This document shows, piece after piece, positions 14,661 to 26,666 of a stretch of DNA of 64,000 nucleotides. A program made the position numbers and the translations under genes. Location of the stretch: the NCBI RefSeq assembly GCF_009914755.1, contig NC_060929.1; one strand, written 5' to 3'. The notes below the pieces were generated by a model that did not search any database, was not told the DNA's origin, and worked only from the letters and a program-made list of their open reading frames with translations. The DNA is from the human T2T-CHM13v2.0 reference genome, Homo sapiens. How positions within the stretch are numbered: the first letter of the stretch is position 1; each line of letters opens with the position of its first letter.

Positions 14661-15383
14661 CGCGGGGAGGCAGGCGTCTTCTCCGAGACCCGCGGCGCTG
14701 GGAGCTCCGGGTGCGAACTTGCCCGGGGCGAAATCTGTTGCCCACCCTGGTCCCACCGTGCGAGCACACCTAGGCAGGTGCGACTAAGGGGCCGGGGGCG
14801 TCTCCCCAGCGCTGGAAAACGCTGTGCAGCGCCCTTCCCAGATTTCTGCGTCCGCGCAACACAAACACACGCAACGCTATCTCTACAAAAGGGTCAATAA
14901 TAGGTGTTATCCAGCGACCGAAACCCAGCTTTGGGCCGCGTGGATAAATACCTGTCCTCCCTACCAAGTGCACTGTGAGCCTGGAGGTGCTGCTAACGCT
15001 GGGAGAAGCGGTAGTGAAATGAAGCGAGGCGACAGCTTTTACCAGTGTAGGGACATTTAAAAACGGGATAGAGAGCACAAGGAGCGTAGACAGTGTGTTA
15101 AGGGCAATAAAGAGCGGGAAGGGAGCCCCGATTCCTCTTCTGTTTGTTCTCATGATAGTCTTTTCCCCTTTAATTTGAGTTCTATGTTTTGTATTGGGCT
15201 GATACTTTTAGTCCTCGGCAATAGGGTTGTGAGTCCTTTTTTGACTGCTTAGAATTTTCCCCCTGGGAATTGCTAGTCCGATTTGCAATCTTTCAGAGGG
15301 ACAAATGAAGTAACTCCATATACTTAGGACTCTGTACACCTACTCAAATTTGGTCATCTCGGTAAGTACCCAGGACAAGACGT

Positions 15384-16614
15384 TGAAGGAGTGAAGGTGT
15401 GCCATTCCAAAATATGCCTAATTGGTATATTGATTATTTCGAGCGGAAAACATTGGAGAAATGGTAGTTTCAGAAAGGGCAAGCTGACCTGCCTCTTCGA
15501 TGCAGCAGGCCACAAAGATTTCTCTGGGATGGGCATCCTCTCCCTACCACGGTGAGAAAATAGCCTTTATCACCAAAGGCTTGGAATTGAAGGCTGCAGT
15601 GGACCTGAATAAACATTCTTAACGAAGTAACCCTATCTTCCACTAGGAGATATAGGAGATTTTTTACATATATCTTCTAGTGACTCCCTAGAAAATGTTA
15701 CTGCCTTTGTGAGCTGTGGAAGTTAACTCGAGTCACAGGGCACCAAAATATGTTAGCAGCTGCCCATATCCGAGACACGGCCCCAAAGTATGTTACAGGC
15801 AGTGAATTCCTACAGATCTGCAGCAACCTCAATTCTTGACTCCTCAGAAGAAAGAGTTCGACTGAGGGGCATAAGGCAAAAGGAGAGACCAAGGCAAGTA
15901 TTAGAACAGAAGTGAAGTTTATTAAAAAGCTTTGAATGAAAGGAAGTACACTTGGAAGAGGGCCAAGCCAGTGACTTGAGAGATCTAGTGCGTAGTTTGA
16001 CCTTTTGACCTGGGGTTTTATACGTTGGCATACTTCTGGGGTCTTGCTTTTGGGGCTTTGCATTACTTCTCTCCTGATTCTTCCCTTAGAGTGAGCTGTC
16101 CACAGGCGCATACTTGAGCCCACTTGCCCAACTCCTAAGATCTTATCGGGAAGCTGCTGATCAACAGTTCAAGTGTTTTCTATTAGGAGACTGCCTTTCC
16201 CTGGTGCCGGCTGTGACCAACTATTATTTTAGAGAGACAATTAACAACCACCTGACCATCACCTGATGGCTGCCTGACATTCCTGATGTGTGTGTGTATG
16301 AGGGGGAGCCCTCTCCTGCCCTGCTCATGCCTGACTAGCTACCTACTGTAACACCTTAACCAGATTTTCTTTGTCATGGCTTTTCTTCTCAAATTTATCT
16401 CTCTTTGCCTAAAAAAATGAATAAAAGCATCTTACTTTGGCCACTTCTTCAGACTTCACTCTCTTGTGAAGATCCCCATGTGCACATAAAACTACTAAAA
16501 TGTGTATACTTTTCTCCTGGTAATCTTCCTGGTGTCAATGTGGTTTCTAGATACAACTGGAGAGCTCATTAAGAGGTAAAAGGGAGCTTGGAGGTGATCT
16601 CTGGCTCCCCTATA
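15384..16614 (+). mobile_element. ERV1 solo LTR (MER34/MER39-like), interrupted by a second LTR
   Basis: Starts tgaaggagt...ccaaaatatgcc...tgattattt; ends ctcccctata; 4-bp TSD ACGT/ACAT (CpG-decayed). Confidence 0.75.
15708..16353 (-). mobile_element. Nested ERV1 solo LTR (MER50-like)
   Basis: Minus strand begins tgttacagtaggtagctagtcaggcatgagcagggcagg; 4-bp TSD CCTT (15704-15707 / 16354-16357); minus-strand TATAAAA at 16016-16022 and AATAAA at 15918-15923. Confidence 0.82.
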
Positions 16615-17391
16615 ACATCATAAGAAAGATCTAAGTAAGGGATTGGACCACCTCTTCTCATCCTCAAAACCACACCACTACCACCACCCATTTGCTGCCT
16701 TAGGTTTTTATTTAGCCCAAGAAATGTCCTGAGATGATACATATATATTGCTTTTGTAATTAGAAAAAGCAATTTAAAATTTTTTTCTTACTTCCAGTAA
16801 GTGAATCCTTATCAGAACTTTTTTTCTTTTAACCTCTAAGCTCCGTGGAAGAGATCTTCTTGTCCTTGGCAAGGAATATAAAGAGATACTTGTGTCCTTG
16901 ACACAAGAAACAGGAGAAAGGGAATTTTAAAGCCTTGTCTGAGACCTGCCACCACCTATCATGGTGGTGAAACTAGAATCTGATACAAAACATTATGTCC
17001 AGCATTATGCAGCTTTCTAGTTCGGTAAGTATCACAGACTGTGAAATTCCATAGATCTGGATTTCAATAATGACTGGTACTGCTTACCAGTGGAGTGACT
17101 TCAAGCTAATTATTTAATTTCCATCTACTCACTGGTAAACTGGGAATATTAATGATTATCTTGCAGAGTTGTAAGGATGTATGTAAAGTGCTAAATATAG
17201 TGCCCAGCATGTATTTAAAGTGCCCAGCATATAGCAGTAATAAAAAGAACTATATATTTTTTTTAAAAAATCATGCCAGCTTCTTGAGCATTTCCCAAGA
17301 GCCTGTTATTAGCCATAGACAAGATGGCTGTTACTAGAAAGGCATACTTCCAAAGGATCTACATATCAGAAGACACAAAGAGTCATTGCAC

Positions 17392-17520
17392 GGGCCAGGG
17401 ACATCTCCCCAACGCTGGACAATGCTGTGCAGCACCCTTCCCAGACTTCTGCACTCACGCAACACAAACACACACACTATTTCTCTACAAAAGGGTCAAT
17501 AAAATGGTGTCATCCAGCGA
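17392..17520 (+). repeat. Diverged direct copy of 14789-14917 (DEPDC1B promoter flank)
   Basis: Colinear 129-bp alignment, e.g. tctctacaaaagggtcaataa and gcaacacaaacacac shared. Confidence 0.92.
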
Positions 17521-17805
<285 letters not shown>

Positions 17806-17829
17806 ATGCCTCAAAGAAATCGAGGTTTT

Positions 17830-18620
17830 ACATTTGTTCATTCACTTATTCAGCAAGTATGTAAGAATACACTACTGTGTGTCAGGTATAATTCCAGTCT
17901 GAAATCATGCAATAGATAAAATGCAGCTTCTAGGAGCTGACTCCTAAGTAGAGGAAGGGATGACAAGCTAGCTATAATACATTCAAATATGTATTATATA
18001 TCAGGTGGTGATTGAGTACTGGGAAGAAAAGTAAAAGACTAAAGTAGAGAGGGTGGTAGGGGGAAGTTGCTGTTTTGGTTCAGGTGGTCAGAGAAGGCAT
18101 CTTTGATGAAATGACATCTGTGTAGACGATCTGAGTAAAGTAAGGGGTAGTTGTCTGGGGAAGAGCTTCTAAGCCGAAAGAATGAGCAGCCCATGAGAAA
18201 CTTCCAGGAGACATGGGAAGGAGGTTGGTGCTGACTAAAGTGAGGGAGTAAAAGGGGCAGTGGAGGAGATGGAGTTGAATACAGAGTGGAGTGGGGCTTT
18301 CAGACCACATTATGGGCCATGGGATTCTGATCCTCTTCTGAATTAGTGAAAATATATTAGGTTTTGATCAGCAGAGTGATCAAAACAGATCACAATCACT
18401 CTATTGATCTTTGGCCAATCATTTTGGCCAAATCACTCTGGCCATTGCGTGGATACTGGACTCGGGTAGGCATTGAGGGTGAGAGAGGAGGCAGGAAAAC
18501 CAGTTGAGGAAGCTGCTACAATACCTCACTGGAGAAAGTAAACATATTTGCTTGGTATGGTGCTTGGCACATAGTGGCATTCAACAACTATTTACTGAGT
18601 GAGTAAATGAGTGAGCAAAT
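17830..18620. mobile_element. L2 fragments
   Basis: ttcattcacttattcagcaagtat... and ...ggcacatagtggcattcaacaactatttactgagtgagtaaatga. Confidence 0.65.
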
Positions 18621-19357
18621 GTATTGCTCATGTAGTGTATTCTTACATAAGCTTTAGAAGTTATTCATTTCTTAAAGATCAATTTGATTCATTCATTCTG
18701 TTTGCCATTTCTCATATGAATATGGGCAACAAAATAATAGCTAGCTTTTACATTTTTATTTTAATGTATCAAATTTGTTTTTAAAACTCTTACTTTTTAT
18801 CATTAAAGTCCTCTGAGATTTTGAGTTTGGGAAAATACAATCTGCACATACTCCATGACTTGTGTTATAATTGCCCCTCCACCTCCTGCCGCCTCACACA
18901 CCATTACAGTACAAAGTTAGCATAATAAAACCTGTGCCAAGGAATATAGCTAAATGGATTTTCATATTTGAGAATAAGCTCAATTTCTGACACATCGCAG
19001 CTATGCCATGTAGCACATATGGTGAAGTATAATTCTCTACACCTCAGAAAGAGACGTAATGAAAAAAAATTTTAACTAACATTGATCTGGCCAAGAAATA
19101 TAGGATGAATTAAAGGAGGAAGATTCTGAAGATAGGAAAGCCATTTGGAAGACAGCTGAAGGAATATAGGCATGGAATTCCATGAGTAATAGAGTGTTAT
19201 GAGAAAATACCCATATAATCTTGAGCAAGACTCACCTTCTCTGATTATCAGTTTCCTCATCAGTAAAATAGAAATAATAATGGTACTTGCTTCATAGGGT
19301 TGTTGAAAGACTTAACTGAGGAAATATATACAAAGCTCTTAGAATTTTGTTTCCCTT

Positions 19358-20315
19358 ATATGGTAGGCAGAATTCTAAGAAGGCCCCTATTTCAGAAAAA
19401 GAGAACATATATGTACATAATATACATATATGTACAGACAGAAAGAGACAAAAACAGACAGAGATTTATTAAAAGGAACTGGCTCACATGACTATGGAGC
19501 CTGATGAGTCCCAAGATCTGTAGTTGGGAAACTGAAAACCCAGGAGACATGATGGTGTATTTGCAGTCCAAGTTCAAAGATCTGAGAAACAGGGCCAATG
19601 GTATAGCTCCAGTTTGAAGTCTGGTAGGCTTGAGACCAGGAAGAGCTGATGTTTGTTTCAGTTTGAGTTTAAAGTCAGGAAAAAAATTGTTCCAGCCTGA
19701 AGGCATTCAGGTGAAGAAATTCCCTCTTATACAAGAGAGAAACAGTCTTTTGTTTTATTGAAGCCTTCCACTGATTGGATGAGGCCCACCTATATTAGAG
19801 AGGGCAATCTACTTTAGTCTATTGACTTACATGTTAAACTATCAAAAATACCCTCAAGAAATACTCAGAATAATGTTTGACCACATATCTGGGCACCCTG
19901 TGGCCCAGTAAAGTTGCACAAAAAATTAACCATTACAGCCCCTGAGATCCCCAGCCCCTGATATACATAAACCTTCTTCCCATTATTCAACCAAACACTA
20001 ATCTAGACACTGCTGTAATGGGATTTTGCACATGTAATTAAGGTTGTTGATCTTGAGGTAGGACAAATATCTAGATAGGCCTACTTAATCATATGAGCTC
20101 CTTAAAAGGAGAGAAATTTCTCCAACTAGTTGTATAAGGGAAGCCAGAACTAAATTCCACCAACCTGAATGAGCTTGGAAGCAAATTTTCCCCTAGAGCC
20201 TCTACAGGAGAACTCAGCTGGCTGATGCCTGGATTTCAGCCTCCCAATAACTGATACATTGAACAGAAAGCAGCCACACTGTGCCAGATTTCTCACCTAC
20301 TGAACTGTGAACTAA
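19358..20315 (+). mobile_element. MLT1-type LTR interrupted by MLT2
   Basis: tatggtaggcagaattctaagaaggcccc resumes after the insert as gcccctgagatcc... Confidence 0.7.
19388..19937 (-). mobile_element. MLT2-type ERVL LTR
   Basis: gagatttattaaaaggaactggctcacatg...aaaattaaccattaca; 5-bp TSD GCCCC (19383-19387 / 19938-19942). Confidence 0.82.
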
Positions 20316-20897
20316 GCCAGAAACAGGATGAAATTGAGATTGTGAGCAAAAGCAGTTGGGGAACAAGGAAGGTCTGTGAGCTGGGGTTGGGGCAGGGTGT
20401 CTGTATGTGTTGGGCTACCTTGAAGGGCTAACAAAGGCAACAATGGTGATTGTGTTCGCCCCCAACACTGCTGCTCTTATTTTCTTGCACAGCCAAGCAA
20501 CTGAAACTTGAAAGGTTATAAAAATATAAAAAACAAAATCATTTTAAGCTTTTGTCCTTACTGATGATGATTAGATTTTATATTTTTCTTTTATTTATTC
20601 TTAAAGGTTTTAATGAGAATTCAAATGTAGGCTTATCATTTAATCATATTCAATGTTTTGAATCTGATAAATCCTCTGTGGTATAAAAATACACATTTTA
20701 TTAAAAGACTTTTTAGAGTAGTTTTAGGCTCACAGCAAAATTGAGAGGAAGGTTCAGAGATTTCTCATATACCCTTTTACCCACATGTGCATAGCTTCTC
20801 TCATTATCAACACCCTCCACCACAGTGGTGCATTTGTTACAACTGATGTTTTAACTTTTCACTGGGTTATAATACATTGATATATATTTCTTTTTTA

Positions 20898-21299
20898 GTA
20901 GGAATCTAAGTCCCTTCCCAAATCTTATGTGAAATTGTAATCCCCAGTGTTGGAGGTGGGGCCTGCTGGGAGGTGACTGGATCATGGGGGTGGTTTTCAA
21001 TGGTTTAGCATCATCCTCCTAGTGCTATTCTCCTGAGGGAGTTCTCATGAGATCTGGATAAAGGGTATAGCACCTCTCCCCTTTCTCTCTTCTTCCTACT
21101 CCCATCATGTAAGATGAGCCTGCTTCCCCTTTGCCTTCTGCCATGATTGTATGTTTCCTGAGGCCTCCCTAGAAGCTGAGCAGATGGCCAGCATCATGCT
21201 TCCTGTACAGCTTGTGGAACTGTGAGCCAATTAAACCTCTTCTTTATGAATTATCATCCCAGGTTTTTCTTTATAGCAATGCAAGAATGGACTAATACA
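20898..21299 (+). mobile_element. MST-type MaLR LTR inside an old minus-strand L1M
   Basis: caaatcttatgtgaaattgtaatccccagtgttggaggtggggcc...ggactaataca. Confidence 0.85.
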
Positions 21300-21421
21300 C
21301 ACATATGGAGAAAAGTACACAAATCTTCTTTATATTTCTTGGTGAATTTCACAACCTAAACACATCCTGTAACCAGCACTCAGATCAAGAAACAATATAT
21401 GAAGAGTATCCCTCCTCAAGC

Positions 21422-21478
21422 AGTTCCACAGTGTAATGGTGAACACTCTGGATTCTGAATCCAGCTGTTCAAGTTCAA
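21422..21478 (+). pseudogene. 3'-truncated tRNA-Gln(CTG) retropseudogene
   Basis: agttccacagtgtaatggtgaacactctggattCTGaatccagctgttcaagttcaa aligns to recalled tRNA-Gln GGTTCCATGGTGTAATGGTTAGCACTCTGGACTCTGAATCCAGCGATCCGAGTTCAA; 3' T-stem and acceptor strands absent. Confidence 0.88.
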
Positions 21479-22096
21479 GAAACAAAGGATGACCAGCACC
21501 TGAGAAGACCCTCTCATGGCACTGCCAGTCTCTACTCGCTAAGGGTAACTGACACAGATATTTTACTGTGTAAGAAAAAAGAGAAGCAAAAAAGACTATA
21601 CAGCAGACCAAAAAGGGAACAGACGCTGAGACACAAGTTACTAGGAATTTAGTCCCTCTATGTTATAACCCAAAAACCAATGTTGGAAACTTAAGGAGAA
21701 AAAGATAAAAGGATTTTATTTAATAGACAAAACCCTTATAGTATCCAGTTTCAGACTGGATCTACCATTTGTGAATTTTCCTGTTTCAGTTAAAACTAAA
21801 GAGTGACTTTCTAGACATTGAAATCTGTTTGACTGCATTTTCCTGTCTAACTTTCTCTGAAAAGCCTCTGGCTTGCTCCTGGAATTAATTCGCAGGGCAG
21901 TGGTGTTATTCCAGCTCCAGCGAGGGATTAGTAGAGAGTGGCTCTGCAGAATTCACTATGAAGTTGCCTCCAAATCTGTCAACAAACCAGAACCCTGGAG
22001 AGTATTTTAAAAAGAGTTGCCAAGGCCTGACTTCAGAGCCCTTGAAAGTAGCTGCTTTTAGGAGGGAAGGACCAGAAGAGTTACCACAGAAATGTC

Positions 22097-22680
22097 TTTT
22101 TTTTTCTTTTTTTAAGATAGGGCCTCACTCTGTTGCCCAAACTGGAGTGCAGCGGTGTTATCTCTTGTCTCACTGCAGCCTCTGCTTCCCCGGCTCAAGC
22201 AATCCTCCCATCTGAGCCTCCCAAGTAGCTGGAACCACAGGTGCACGCCACCATGCCCAGCTAATTTTTGTATTTTTTGTAGAGATGGGGTTTTGCCATG
22301 TTGCCCAGGCTGGTCTTCAACTCCTGGGCTCAAGAGATCTGCCCACCTTGGCCTCTCAAAAGTGCTGGGATTACAGACATAAGCCACCGTGCCCAGGCTT
22401 TTTTTTTTTTTTTTAAGACAGAGTCTCACTGTCACCCAGTGACATCACTGAAATGCAGTGGTACAATCATAGCTCACTGCAACCTCAAACTCCTGAGCTC
22501 AATGATCCTCCTGCCCCAGCCTCCTGAGTAGCTAGGACTATCACATCTGGCTAATTTGTTTTCTTAATTTTTGTAGGGAAGGGGTCTTGCTATGTTGTCC
22601 AGGCTAGTCTTTAACTCCTGGCCTCAGGCAATCCTCTCAACTCAGTGCTTGGATTACAGTATGAGCCACACTGTCCAGCC
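22097..22680 (-). mobile_element. Two tandem AluJ-type elements (22097-22398; 22399-22680)
   Basis: Two poly-T plus Alu reverse-complement units back to back. Confidence 0.9.
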
Positions 22681-23514
22681 AGAAATGCCATTATTATCTG
22701 ATCTCCTCCTGCAAGCTACCTGAGAGCTGAAAGTGGGGTTCTGCAGGCCTTGCTAGTAAATGTCATGAGGACCTGGGCAGAATCCTAGGAGAGAATAGCT
22801 CTTGCTGTTCTTCTGTGCTTGAAGCTCAAGCTATCAGAAGTAGCATCTTAAAGGAATATTAGATAAAAGTCATAAAGAGATTCAAGTCCAGTCTTCAAAC
22901 TGAACCAGGAAAAATACAGAGCCGAAGGAGATGGAAACAGAGGAGGTACAATCAGAGAGGATGTTGAGGCAGAGCCTGGAGCAGCTACAAGCTGCAGTGC
23001 AAATAGCCAGAGCCAAGTTTTGACCGTGAACCTTTAAAGAGATAAGGACCACAGCTCCATCTACTGAGAGTTCTTGCCACAAAATTTGAAGCTAAAGCTG
23101 ACCATACCTCATCATTGTGATCCAATTACCAATTTACAGGAATGCAGAGGATAGAAGAAAAGAGGGGTGGGGTACAACGAGCAAAGTTTTATAAATGTGG
23201 GAAATTCTATACATGATCAGGTGTTTGCAATTGCAGGAAGAGGGAATGTGACTGATGGAGGGAGAACCCATAAAATATTTAAGACAAATTAACTAATCAC
23301 AGTATGTGGACATTATTTAGATCATTACTCAATGAACTATAAAAATAATGAAAACAAAACATTTTAAAAGCAATTATGAGATAACTGGAAGTTGGAATAC
23401 TGAATCGCTATTTGAGGATAATCAGAAATTATAGTTTAAATTTTTACACATGATTGTTGTATTGTGGTTATTTAAAAAATAAAAGAAAATAAAAACCTCC
23501 TAAATCTTTTAGGG

Positions 23515-23704
23515 TACTGATTCTAGATCTGGAGCAGGCATCAGAATCACCAGGAGGACTTATTAAAACACAGATGATTGGGCCATATCCCCCAAGAGAT
23601 TCTGATTCAGTAGGACATTGTTGGCACCTGATAATTTCCATTTCAAACAACTTTCCAGTAGATTGTGATGTGCAAGTCTGGAGATCACATGCTAAAAACA
23701 ATTG
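23515..23704. mobile_element. MER5A-type hAT-Charlie DNA transposon
   Basis: gcatcagaatcaccaggaggacttattaaaacacaga...gagattctgattcagtagg. Confidence 0.75.
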
Positions 23705-24715
23705 TTTCAGATATATATTTTGAGATATGCATGATTTAAGGATACAATTTCTAAGATGTGCTTAAAAATCATATGGAGGAATGGGCATGGGTGGAGACAG
23801 ACGAGATTGCCTGCAATTGATAACTGCTGGAGCTGGAAGATGATGGGTATATGAGGGATTATTGTTACTTTTCTGTCTACTTTTATTATGTTTGAAATTT
23901 CTGTTTTGAAAAGATTTTTTAAGATAAAGGAACACAAAAACCAATAAAGCATTTGATAAAATTCAACAGCCATTCCTGATTTTAAAAATCAACCGTGGAT
24001 GCTTGGTATCAAAAAAACCTCTCAACAAACTAAGGAATGGACAGGAATTCCTCAACCTGATAAAAAGTATCTATGAAAATCCTACAGCTAACATTACAAT
24101 TAATGCTGAAAGACTGAATGCTTTCTCCCTAACATCAGCAACAAGGCAAGGATGTCTGCCTTCATTATTATTTTTTTTATTATATCCATGTAACTTTCTG
24201 TATTGTCTTTTAAAATTTAATTTAATTTTTTATTATACTTTAAGTTCTGGGATACATATGGAGAACATGCAGGTTTGTTACATAGCTATACATGTGCCAC
24301 AGTGGTTTGCTGCACCCCTCAACCCATCATCTACATTAGGTATTTCTCCTAATTCTATCATTCCCCTTGCCCCCCACCCCCCAACGGGCCCTGGTGTGTG
24401 ATATTCCCCTCCCTGTGCCCATATGTTTTCATTGTTCAACTCCAGCTTATGAGTGAGAACATGCAGTGTTTCGTTTTCTGTTCCTGTGTTAGTTTGCTGA
24501 GAATGACGGTTTCCAGCTTCATCCATGTCCCTGCAAAGGACATGGACTCATTCTTTTTTATGGCTGCATAGTATTCCATGGTGTATATATGCCACATTTT
24601 ATTTATCTAGTCTATCATTGATGGGCATTTGGGTTGGTTCCAAGTCTTTGCTATTGTAAATAGTGCTGCAATAAACATATGTGTGCATGTGTCTTTGTAG
24701 TACAATGATTTATAG

Positions 24716-25121
<406 letters not shown>

Positions 25122-25920
25122 AGTTGAACTAATTTACACTTCCACCAACAGTGGAAAAGCATTCCTATTTCTCCACATCCTCTCCAGCATCTGTTGTTTC
25201 CTTTTTAATGATCGCCATTCTAACTGGCATGAGATGATATCTCATTGTCGTTTTGATTTGCTTTTCTCTAATGACCAGTGATGATAACCTTTCTTTCATA
25301 TGTTTGTTGGCTGCATAAATGTCTTCTTTTGAAAAGTGTCTGTTGATATCCTTTGCCCACTTTTTGATGGGGTTCTTTTTTTCTTATAAATTTGTTTAAG
25401 TTCTTTGTAGATTCTGGATATTAGCCCTTTGTCAGATGGATAGATTGCAAAAAAACTATTTTTTTGCTTCCCATTTGCCTGGTAAATCTTCCTCCCTCCC
25501 TTTATTTTGAGCCTATGTGAGTCTTTGCATGTGAGGTGGGTCTCTTGAATACAGCACACCGATTGGTCTTCACTCTTTATCCGATTTGCCAGTCTGTGCC
25601 TTTTAATTGGGGCATTTAGCCTGTTTACATTTAACGCTAATATTGTTATGTGTGAATTTGACCCTGTCATTATGATGCCAGCTGGTTATTTTGCCCATTA
25701 GTTGATGCAGTTTACAGTGTCGATGGTCTTTACATTTTGGTTTCTTTTTGCAGTAGCTGGTACCGGTTTTTCCTTTCCATTTTTAGTGCTCCCTTCAGGA
25801 GCTCTTGTAAGGCAGGCCTGGTGGTGAAAAAATCTCTCAGCATTTGCTTGTATGTAAAGGATTTTATTTCTCCTTCACTTATGAAGCTTAGTTTGGCAGG
25901 ATATGAAATTCTGGGTTGAA

Positions 25921-26666
25921 TCAGAGAAATGCAAATCAAAACCACAATGAGATACCATCTCACACCAGTTAGAATGGCGATCATTAAAAAGTCAGGAAAC
26001 AACAGGTGCTGGAGAGGATGTGGAGAAATGGAGCACTTTTACACTGTTGGTGGGACTGTAAACTAGTTCAACCATTGTGGAAGACAGTGTGGCAATTCCT
26101 CAAGGATCTAGAACTAGAAATACCATTTGACCCAGCCATCCCATTACTGGGTATATACCCATAGGATTATAAATCATGCTGCTATAAAGGCACATGCACA
26201 CATATGTTTATTGCGGCACTATTCACAATAGCAAAGACTTGGAACCAACCCAAATGTCCATCAATGATAGACTGGATTAAGAAAATGTGGCACATATACA
26301 CCATGGAATACTATGCAGCCATAAAAAAGGATGAGTTCATGTCCTTTGTAGGGACATGGATGAAGCTGGAAACCATCATTCTCAGCAAACTATCTCAAGG
26401 ACAGAAAACCAAACACCGCATGTTCTTACTCATAGGTGGGAATTGAACAATGAGAACACTTGGACACAGGGTGGGGAACATCACACACCAGGGCCTGTCA
26501 TGGGGTTGGGAGAGGGAGGATGGATAGCATTAGGAGATATACCTAATGTAAATGACGAGTTAACAGGTGCAGCACACCAACATGGCACATGTATACATAT
26601 GTAACAAACCTGCATGTTGTGCACATGTACCCTAGAACTTAAAGTATAATAAAAAGAAAAAAAAAA
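25921..26666 (+). mobile_element. Younger 5'-truncated L1PA nested antisense in the host ORF1
   Basis: Near-consensus ORF2 C-terminus and 3'UTR with poly-A; TSD GAAATTCTGG(G/T)TTGAA (25905-25920 / 26667-26682). Confidence 0.94.

Larger units (their letters stand above)
13960..15050. promoter_or_regulatory. CpG island / DEPDC1B promoter
   Basis: High GC and CpG density around exon 1 compared with CpG-poor flanks; edges approximate. Confidence 0.9.

Noticed and set aside
14256-15153. Long GC-rich ORFs over the CpG island (e.g. 14305-14769, 154 aa)
   Set aside because: Stop codons are scarce in GC-rich DNA; only the 16 codons of exon 1 are supported by Kozak and splice signals.
21422-21478. 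Functional tRNA-Gln gene
   Set aside because: The 3' strands of the T-stem and acceptor stem are absent, and there is no Pol III terminator.
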